From contig JBGAGQ010000031.1 in the NCBI GenBank assembly GCA_044226625.1, positions 1 to 64,000 of the forward strand: 64,000 nucleotides of DNA, given 5' to 3'. This document shows, piece by piece, positions 57,583-64,000 of the stretch. Both the position numbers and the translations under genes were made by a program. The notes under the pieces were generated by a model. The model was not told where the DNA came from. It did no database searches and saw nothing but the letters and a program-made list of their open reading frames with translations. This stretch comes from Thermoanaerobaculia bacterium. Lineage in GTDB: Bacteria > Acidobacteriota > Thermoanaerobaculia > Multivoradales > UBA5704. The first letter of the stretch is position 1. The number at the start of each line of letters is the position of its first letter.

Positions 57583-58515
57583 CTACCCTTTCCGTGCCCG
57601 GGGGTGGGCGTCGCGATAGACGTGGAGCAGTCGATCGATGTCCACGTGGGTGTATTTCTGGGTCGTCGAGAGGGAGCTGTGGCCGAGCAGCTCTTGGATG
57701 GCGCGGAGGTCGGCGCCGTTTTCGAGGAGATGGGTGGCGAAGGTGTGGCGGAGGGTGTGCGGGTGGACTCCGGCGGCGAGCGAGGCGGCGGCGACGTGGC
57801 GGTCGAGGATCTGGCGGACGGCGCGGTCGGAGAGGCGCCGCCCGCGGGCGCTCAAGAACACCGGCTCGACGTCGTCCGGGTCGATCGCCGCGCGGGCCGG
57901 GTCGGCGAGCGGCTCCCAGCGGGCGAGCCATTCGCGGAGGGCGTGCTCGGCCGCGCGGTTGAACGGGACCATCCGTTCCTTGCTCCCTTTGCCGACCACC
58001 CGGAGCGTGCGCGCGGAGAGATCGAGGTCGCTCCAGTCGAGGCTCACCAGCTCGCCGACGCGGAGGCCAGAGGCGTAGAGCAGCTCCAGAATCGCGCGGT
58101 CGCGCCAGCCGAAGGTCTCGCTGACGTCGGGCGCCGCGAGCAGGCTCTCGATCTCTCCCGGGCGGAGGTGGCGGGGGAGGGTCTTCGGTACCTTCGGGGT
58201 CCGCACTCCTTGCGCCGGGTTCGCGGGAACGATCCCCTCGCGGGCGAGCCAACGGAAGAAGCTCCGCACCGCGGCGAGCGCGCGGCCCTGGCTGCGGCGT
58301 GAGAGGCCGCGCTGGGTCTGCGCGGCGAGGAACGAGCGGACCGCGAGCGGATCGACCTCCCCGGGCTCGATCGTCTTCGGGTCCTTCGAGAGGAAATCTT
58401 CGGCGAGGAAGGTGAGGAACGAGACGAGGTCGCCTTCGTACGCTCGAAGCGTGTGCGGCGACAAAGCCCGCTCGCCGTCGAGGTGCTCGAGCCAGCGTTG
58501 GATCAGGGGGCGCAT
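57583..58515 (-). CDS. xerC: Tyrosine recombinase XerC
   Basis: RDRAILELLYASGLRVGE, GKGSKER, HPHTLRHTFATHLL, LGHSSLSTTQKYTH; conserved trmFO-xerC-hslVU context. Confidence 0.92.
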   Translation of the reverse strand: MRPLIQRWLEHLDGERALSPHTLRAYEGDLVSFLTFLAEDFLSKDPKTIEPGEVDPLAVRSFLAAQTQRGLSRRSQGRALAAVRSFFRWLAREGIVPANPAQGVRTPKVPKTLPRHLRPGEIESLLAAPDVSETFGWRDRAILELLYASGLRVGELVSLDWSDLDLSARTLRVVGKGSKERMVPFNRAAEHALREWLARWEPLADPARAAIDPDDVEPVFLSARGRRLSDRAVRQILDRHVAAASLAAGVHPHTLRHTFATHLLENGADLRAIQELLGHSSLSTTQKYTHVDIDRLLHVYRDAHPRARKG

Positions 58516-58517
58516 GG

Positions 58518-58808
58518 GGCCCCCCCACCTCGATCCTCCCCCACAAGGGGGGAGGACGCCCCCGCTCTCTCCCGAGCCTCAAAGTTGCGGCGAAGGGTCC
58601 CTCGCTCCCTCGTGAGAGCCGCCTGTGACCAAAACTCAACGTCGCGGCGAAGGGGTCCTCCCCCTCTCGTGAGAGCCGCCTGTGACCAAAACTCAACGTC
58701 GCGGCGAAGGGTCCCTCGCTCCCTTATGAGAGCCGCCTGTGACCAAAACTCAACATCGCGGCGAAGGGTCCCTCCCCCCCTTGTGGGGGGAGGACAGGAG
58801 GGGGGGCC
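58518..58808. repeat. Inverted pair of about 38-bp REP-like palindromic elements enclosing three 57-bp tandem repeats
   Basis: Left element 58518-58555 and right element 58771-58808 are near reverse complements, each with an internal CCTCCCCC-ACAA-GGGGGGAGG hairpin; units start at 58587, 58644 and 58701, with a partial unit at 58758. Confidence 0.92.
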
Positions 58809-58831
58809 ACTCGAAGAGAGAACCCGCCCCC

Positions 58832-60217
58832 TCACGCCGGCACCCCCAATTCCGTCCGCAGCATCTCCGGCCGGATTTCCACCCCATGCCGCGCCGCCCA
58901 GCCGGCTAGCGCCTCGTGCGCCCTGCGGGCGAGAGCTTCCCGTTTGTTCCCCTTCTTCACCCGCTCCGGCAGCTCCTCGAACAGGCCGTAGTTCACGTTC
59001 GCCGGCTGGAAGTGCTTGGGATCCGACTCGACCAGATGGCGCATGAGCGCGCCGAGCGCCGTGGTCGCCGGGAACGGCTCGGCGTCCCCGCCCCCCGCCC
59101 GTTCGAGCGCCAGATAGAGCCCGATCGCGAGCCCCGTCGCTGCCGATTCGAGGTACCCCTCGACGCCGGTGATCTGCCCGCCGAGCCGGAAGTGCGGCGC
59201 CGCCTTCAGGCGATACCAGCGGTCGAGATGGGTGGGGGAGTTCAAAAACGTGTTGCGGTGGATCTGCCCGAAGCGGACGAATTTCGCGTTTTCGAGCCCG
59301 GGGATCGTGCGCAGCACCCGGTCCTGGTCGCCCCACTTCATCCGCGACTGGAACCCGACCAGGTTGAACTGGCTCTTCGCGAGGTTCTCCTGGCGGAGCT
59401 GGACGACCGCCCAGGGGCGCCGGCCGTCCGGCGCGGTGAGCCCCACCGGCTTCATCGGGCCGAAGCGGAGCGAGTCGAGGCCGCGGCGCGCGATCTCTTC
59501 GATCGGCAGGCACCCTTCGAAGAAAATCGCCTTCTCGAAATCGTGCGGCACCAGCACCTCGGCCTCGGTGACCGCGCGGTGGAACGCCTCGTACTCCTCT
59601 CGGGTCATCGGCGCGTTCAGGTAGTCGTCGCCGTCCCCCTTGCCGTAGCGCGACTGCCAAAAGAGCTTCGCCATGTCGAGGCTCTCGGCTTCGACGATCG
59701 GCGCGATCGCGTCGTAGAAGTAGAGCTCGTCCTTGCCGAGCAGCGCCTGGATCGCCTCGGTCATCGCTTCCGAGGTGAGCGGTCCGGTGGCGATCACGGT
59801 GGTCGTCGGCGCATCCGGAAGGGCGAGCACCTCTTCGCGACGGATCTCGATCCGCGGATGGGTCGAAAGCGCCCGGGTGACGAGTCCCGCGAACCGTTCG
59901 CGATCCACCGCGAGGGCGCTCCCCGCGGGCACCGCGGCTTCCCGTGCCGCGCCGAGGATCAGCGAGCCGAACGCCTCCATCTCCCGCTTCAACAGACCCG
60001 CGGCGTGGAGCGGATCGTCGCTCCGGAACGAGTTGCTGCAGACCAGCTCGGCGAAGTCGTGCGTCTTGTGCGCCGGGGTGGAGCGCTCCGGCCGCATCTC
60101 GTGGAGGACCACGGGGACCCCGCGTTCCGCGAGCTGCCAGGCGCATTCGGAGCCGGCGAAACCTCCGCCGATCACGTGGACCGGAGGGCTGGGGAGCGAG
60201 GAATCGTTGGGGGTCAT
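58832..60217 (-). CDS. trmFO: Folate/FAD-dependent tRNA (m5U54) methyltransferase TrmFO
   Basis: IGGGFAGSECAWQ, HEMRP, AELVCSNS, IATGPLTS, FYDAIAP, FGPMKPVGL, GQITGVEGYLES. Confidence 0.96.
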   Translation of the reverse strand: MTPNDSSLPSPPVHVIGGGFAGSECAWQLAERGVPVVLHEMRPERSTPAHKTHDFAELVCSNSFRSDDPLHAAGLLKREMEAFGSLILGAAREAAVPAGSALAVDRERFAGLVTRALSTHPRIEIRREEVLALPDAPTTTVIATGPLTSEAMTEAIQALLGKDELYFYDAIAPIVEAESLDMAKLFWQSRYGKGDGDDYLNAPMTREEYEAFHRAVTEAEVLVPHDFEKAIFFEGCLPIEEIARRGLDSLRFGPMKPVGLTAPDGRRPWAVVQLRQENLAKSQFNLVGFQSRMKWGDQDRVLRTIPGLENAKFVRFGQIHRNTFLNSPTHLDRWYRLKAAPHFRLGGQITGVEGYLESAATGLAIGLYLALERAGGGDAEPFPATTALGALMRHLVESDPKHFQPANVNYGLFEELPERVKKGNKREALARRAHEALAGWAARHGVEIRPEMLRTELGVPA

Positions 60218-60265
60218 GGGCGACAAGAAAGTAACATGCGTCGCACCCATCCTCGGGAGCCCACC

Positions 60266-60808
60266 ATGCCTCAGGCCGCTCCGGCCTCCAAGCCACCCAA
60301 ACAGTCAGCCAAGCATCGGTCGAACCCTTCGGCGGGGACTCCACCGGATCATCCGGGCGTCAAGTTCCCGCCGCCGCTGTTGTTCTTTGGCGGGCTCGCC
60401 CTCGGCTATCTCGTCCAGCGGCGGTTTCCTGCCGGTTGGATTCCAAGCTCGCTCCAGCCGGCCCGCTTCAGCGGCGGTTGGGGATTGGTGGCCCTGGGGC
60501 TCGCTCTCGGAGCCTGGGGATTCTTCACCTTCCTCTGGGTGAGGACGGCGATCCTGCCGCACCATCCGGCGTCCCGGATGGTCGTCGTGGGGCCGTACCG
60601 CTTCACCCGGAATCCTATGTACGTCGGCCTCACCGGCCTCTATCTGGGCGTCACGGTGCTGATGGACAGCCTGTGGCCCCTTCTGCTGCTGCCGGCGGTC
60701 CTCGTCGCCCTCTACCTCTTCGTGATCCGGCGCGAGGAGCGCTACCTCGCGGCGAGGTTCGGTGCCGAGTACGAGGACTACCGCCGAAGGGTGCGTCGCT
60801 GGTTCTGA
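60266..60808 (+). CDS. Isoprenylcysteine carboxylmethyltransferase / PEMT family membrane protein
   Basis: FPPPLL, GPYRFTRNPMY, IRREERYLAARFGAEY..Y..RVRRW. Confidence 0.9.
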   Translation: MPQAAPASKPPKQSAKHRSNPSAGTPPDHPGVKFPPPLLFFGGLALGYLVQRRFPAGWIPSSLQPARFSGGWGLVALGLALGAWGFFTFLWVRTAILPHHPASRMVVVGPYRFTRNPMYVGLTGLYLGVTVLMDSLWPLLLLPAVLVALYLFVIRREERYLAARFGAEYEDYRRRVRRWF

Positions 60809-60818
60809 GGGAGGGCCC

Positions 60819-61961
60819 CTACTCCTCCCAGGGCTTGAAGTCGTCCCCCGGCTCGACCGGCACGTCGCCGTCGGTCGCGACTTTCCAGACGGCGCGAAAC
60901 TCCGGCGCTCCCGACAGCTCGGCCTGGATCGATTTCTGGACCTCGGTGGCCGTGGGCGGCTTCTTCGCCTGGGGCGGGATGGCGAGGAACGCGTCGAGGT
61001 CGAACGACGGCTTCGGCTTGCGGCTCTCGCGGACGAAGGCAAGGGCCGGGTCGGGCGTGAGCCACCGCCCTTCGAGCCGTTCGAGCGCGATCCAGAAGCC
61101 GGGGCCGCGGGCGAGCAGATGCCCCGCCTCTCGCTCGAACCCTTCGACCTCGAGCGGCGGACCGGGGAGGAGGACCTCGACCGGCGCGGGGAACGGATCG
61201 AACACCAGGTGCGACAGCTCGTCGAGCGTGAAGGCCTCGCCGTCCGCGACCTCGAGCGGCTTCCAGACCGCCTTCATCGCGGCGGAGAGCCCCTCGACCA
61301 GTTCGGTCTCCTTCCCCTCGCGGAGCGGCGGCGGCTCCGGCGCGTCGTCCTGGCTCACCTGGCGGAAGATCCGGCCGAAGCAGGCGCGGGCGCGCTCCGG
61401 GTGCTGGTCGAGATAGGCCCAGAGGTTCGAGCCCGCGGCGAGATACCGCGCCACGTCGCCCGACCAGAGCGGGAGCGCGCGCACCACCTTTTGGCGGTCG
61501 GCCCGGTTTCCCCGGTCGGCCGGACCCGGAGCGAGGCGCAGCTCGGCCTGCCCGGAGACGATCGTGTACGACGCGGCGACCGACGTCGCGGCGAACAGCT
61601 GCCGCACCTGGTCGAGCTCGGTGAGCACGGCGCGGTGGGTGACCTTGCCGATTTCGCCGATGAGCTTCTCCTCTTCGATCTTCTCCGCCGCCGGACCGAT
61701 CTGGGAGAGCCGCTCGCTCCACGGGTCGGTCCGTTCGGAAAGCTCGCGCCGCACCGCCGCGAGCCGTTTCGCCACGGCGGGGTTGCCGTCCTGCGTCGAC
61801 GACAGCTCGATCGTCCGGCCGGCGACCACCCAGCCGCCGGGGAGGAAGCGCAGCTTCCAGGTCTCGCGCACCGGGCCGTCGAAACAGGCGGCGGCGAGCA
61901 AGAGGAGCGGCAGGAGGAGAGCCGGGAGCCGGAGCGCTCGGCGGGAACGACGTGGATTCAT
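60819..61961 (-). CDS. Hypothetical lipoprotein
   Basis: MNPRRSRR..LLLLAAAC lipobox; ATGA overlap with the amidohydrolase stop; GGAGG RBS. Confidence 0.7.
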   Translation of the reverse strand: MNPRRSRRALRLPALLLPLLLLAAACFDGPVRETWKLRFLPGGWVVAGRTIELSSTQDGNPAVAKRLAAVRRELSERTDPWSERLSQIGPAAEKIEEEKLIGEIGKVTHRAVLTELDQVRQLFAATSVAASYTIVSGQAELRLAPGPADRGNRADRQKVVRALPLWSGDVARYLAAGSNLWAYLDQHPERARACFGRIFRQVSQDDAPEPPPLREGKETELVEGLSAAMKAVWKPLEVADGEAFTLDELSHLVFDPFPAPVEVLLPGPPLEVEGFEREAGHLLARGPGFWIALERLEGRWLTPDPALAFVRESRKPKPSFDLDAFLAIPPQAKKPPTATEVQKSIQAELSGAPEFRAVWKVATDGDVPVEPGDDFKPWEE

Positions 61962-63838
61962 CGGTTTCCTCCGTTCGAGGCGGCTTTCGGGGCTTCCGTA
62001 GGCAGCGCGCCCGAGACGATCCGCCCCTCGAACATCGTGGCGAGCACCTTCGCCTCCGAGATCTCGCTCGGCGGGATCTCGAACAGGTTGCGGTCGAGAA
62101 CGATCAGGTCTGCGAGCTTGCCCGCTTCGAGCGAGCCGCTCTCCTTCTCCTCGAAGCTCGCGTAGGCGCCGCCGATCGTATAGGCCGCGAGGATCGTCGG
62201 CAGGTCGAGCCGCTCCTCGGGGATCCACGGCGTTTCGGAAGGGTTCCGTAAGGCTCCGCTCGGCTCCTTCGTGTGCGCGCCTGCGGCGCTGCCAGTCGCC
62301 TGCGCGAGCCCCTCGGAGCCCTTCTCACTAGGAGCGTCCGGATCGCAGCGGGTGACCGCGACCTCGATCGCCTGCAGGGGATCGAGCGAGGAGACCGACC
62401 AGTCGCTCCCCGCGGCGAGCACGGCGCCCGAGCGGGCGAGCGAGCCCATCGGATAGAGCCACCGCGAGCGCTCGGGACCGAGTTGCGGCTCGGTCAGGTC
62501 AACGATGTAGGGATCGGCGTAGGCCCAGAGAGGTTGGAAGTCGGCGACCACGCCGAGCCGCCGGAAGCGCGGGATGTCGGCCGGATCGAACAGTTGGATG
62601 TGGGCGAGCAACGGCCGCGCGTCGCGCGGGCCGTTCGCCTTCCGCGCCGCTTCGAGCGCGTCGAGGGCCGCCCGGATCGCCCGGTCGCCGATCGCGTGGA
62701 CGTGGATCTGGAACCCCGCCGCGTCGAGCGCGGTCGCGATCTCCCCGAACCGCTCGGGGGCGATCTCCAGCTCGCCGCGCCAGCCGTCCTTCCCCCGCTC
62801 GCCCAGATACGGCGCGAGCAGCGCCGCCGTCCCCGCCTCGATCACGCCGTCGGCGAAGATCTTCGCCGTCGCGGCCCGAACGTGCGGCGCCGATTTCCCC
62901 GTCGGATCGTTGCGACCGTCGAGATCGTCGCGCCGCTTCACGAACTCGGCCACCTGCGCGGTGCCCTTCTCCGGATCGACGTAATTCGCGACGGAGACCC
63001 GCAGGTTCAACTCACCCGCCGCGTCGAGCGCGCGAAACGTGGCGAGGCTCTCCGCTCCGGCCGAAGCCTCCTGCGCCGCGACGATTCCGAAGCCGTGCGC
63101 CCGCTCGACCCCGCGGCGCAAGCCTTCCATCCGTTCCGCCGCGGTCGTCTCCGGCAAGTGCTCTTCCACCAGATCGGCCGCCGCTTCGCGCAGCGTCCCG
63201 CTCGGATTCCCCGCCGCGTCGCGCTCGATCCGGCCGCGCGGCGGGTCGGTGGTCGCCCGCGTGATCCCGGCGATCTCGAGCGCCTTCGAATTGACCCAGG
63301 TCGAATGCCCGTCCGCCGCCGAAAGGAACACCGGCCGATCGGGGACGATCTCGTCGAGCAGCTTCTTGTTCGGATTCGCCTGGGTAAACAGCGGCAGATC
63401 CCACCCACCGCCGATGATCCAACGCGCGTCCGGCCGAGCCGCGGAGCAGGCCTTTACCCGTGCGAGCACCTCGGCGGCGTCCTTCGAACCGTTCAGATCG
63501 CACTGTCCGAGCTCGACACCGCCGGACAGCAGATGGACGTGGGAGTCATGAAATCCCGGCAGGACGAATCGCCCCCCGAGATCGACCACCCGGGTCGTCG
63601 GCCCGACATAAGCTGCCGCGTCGCGGTCCGCCCCGACGAAGACTAGCCGCGAGCCGGAGATGGCGACCGCCTCCGCCCAAGAGCGGGAGGCGTCCACCGT
63701 GTAGATGGCCCCATGGCGCAGGACGAGATCGGCGGGCTGGGCGGCGTGGGCGCCGGTGGACGCCGCAAGAAGGACGAACAGACTGGATCCGGCGATTGGA
63801 CCCAGGAGGGGTCTCAGACGGCGAACGATCCGAGGCAT
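61958..63838 (-). CDS. Secreted amidohydrolase (Amidohydro_3, YtcJ-like)
   Basis: PGFHDSHVH, DGHSTWVNS, KIFADG, HVHAIGDRA, GSDW, GKLADLIVLDRN. Confidence 0.92.
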   Translation of the reverse strand: MPRIVRRLRPLLGPIAGSSLFVLLAASTGAHAAQPADLVLRHGAIYTVDASRSWAEAVAISGSRLVFVGADRDAAAYVGPTTRVVDLGGRFVLPGFHDSHVHLLSGGVELGQCDLNGSKDAAEVLARVKACSAARPDARWIIGGGWDLPLFTQANPNKKLLDEIVPDRPVFLSAADGHSTWVNSKALEIAGITRATTDPPRGRIERDAAGNPSGTLREAAADLVEEHLPETTAAERMEGLRRGVERAHGFGIVAAQEASAGAESLATFRALDAAGELNLRVSVANYVDPEKGTAQVAEFVKRRDDLDGRNDPTGKSAPHVRAATAKIFADGVIEAGTAALLAPYLGERGKDGWRGELEIAPERFGEIATALDAAGFQIHVHAIGDRAIRAALDALEAARKANGPRDARPLLAHIQLFDPADIPRFRRLGVVADFQPLWAYADPYIVDLTEPQLGPERSRWLYPMGSLARSGAVLAAGSDWSVSSLDPLQAIEVAVTRCDPDAPSEKGSEGLAQATGSAAGAHTKEPSGALRNPSETPWIPEERLDLPTILAAYTIGGAYASFEEKESGSLEAGKLADLIVLDRNLFEIPPSEISEAKVLATMFEGRIVSGALPTEAPKAASNGGNR

Positions 63839-63897
63839 GGTGAGCGGCTCCCGAAAGTTGGGAGGGATCGTATCGCTTGCGCGGGAAGTCGAGCGCT

Positions 63898-64000
63898 TCA
63901 GGCCGCCAACTTCACCGCGACCGACACGCCGGCTTTTGCGCAGAGGCCCACAAGGTAGTCGAGCGAGAACTTCTCCACCTTGTTGCGGGCGATCTCTGAG
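63898..64000 (-). CDS. XRE-family HTH protein (HigA-like antitoxin), C-terminal fragment
   Basis: Manual translation SEIARNKVEKFSLDYLVGLCAKAGVSVAVKLAA*; the KxEKFSLD motif is typical of HTH_37-type antitoxins; start lies outside the window. Confidence 0.65.
   Translation of the reverse strand, partial: SEIARNKVEKFSLDYLVGLCAKAGVSVAVKLAA

Noticed and set aside
57583-58515. Tyrosine recombinase as the integrase of a mobile element
   Set aside because: Sequence and trmFO-xerC-hslVU context fit housekeeping XerC; no cargo or att sites seen
58587-58774. Mini-CRISPR, or a coding repeat (57 bp = 19 codons; ORFs 58453..59046 and 58503..60344)
   Set aside because: The variable segments are near-identical REP derivatives rather than unique spacers; the ORFs overlap xerC and trmFO and have shadow-ORF composition

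Overview
GC-rich (about 70% by eye), gene-dense bacterial chromosome segment. Its gene repertoire (ECF43-type sigma/TPR kinase pair, Asp-box VPS10-like protein, wHTH-TPR regulator, TPR/sigma-like pair) suggests Acidobacteriota, possibly Thermoanaerobaculia (inference only). Housekeeping genes: mtaB (partial), glyQ-glyS, trmFO-xerC-hslV-hslU-lipoprotein-dapF-tyrS, and mlaEFD followed by a UDP-sugar epimerase, ugd, a uxs-like gene and a YggX-like gene. Accessory genes: two Ser/Thr-kinase modules, an S9 peptidase/beta-propeller fusion, a WYL (YafY) regulator with divergent targets, an ACP-FAAL-PlsC fusion, and a Fur-led iron-uptake operon (FTR1-DUF2318 fusion, two FtsX-type permeases, an ATPase with a DtxR-like tail, ApbE, a truncated porin). 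No rRNA, tRNA, CRISPR-cas, transposase or prophage genes were recognised. Most notable: (i) a 20-bp-periodic non-coding array with an invariant CGGGAC core, nested between inverted MITE-like ends whose CTAG termini supply the stop codons of both flanking genes, directly behind the WYL gene; (ii) two more tandem arrays, one of 57 bp between inverted REP-like elements and one triplicating a gene 3' end; (iii) a small, possibly histone-fold protein directly upstream of a membrane GAF/Zn-ribbon kinase; (iv) a deletion or misassembly junction near 49650 joining two truncated convergent genes. All calls come from motif recognition by eye; no database searches were run.
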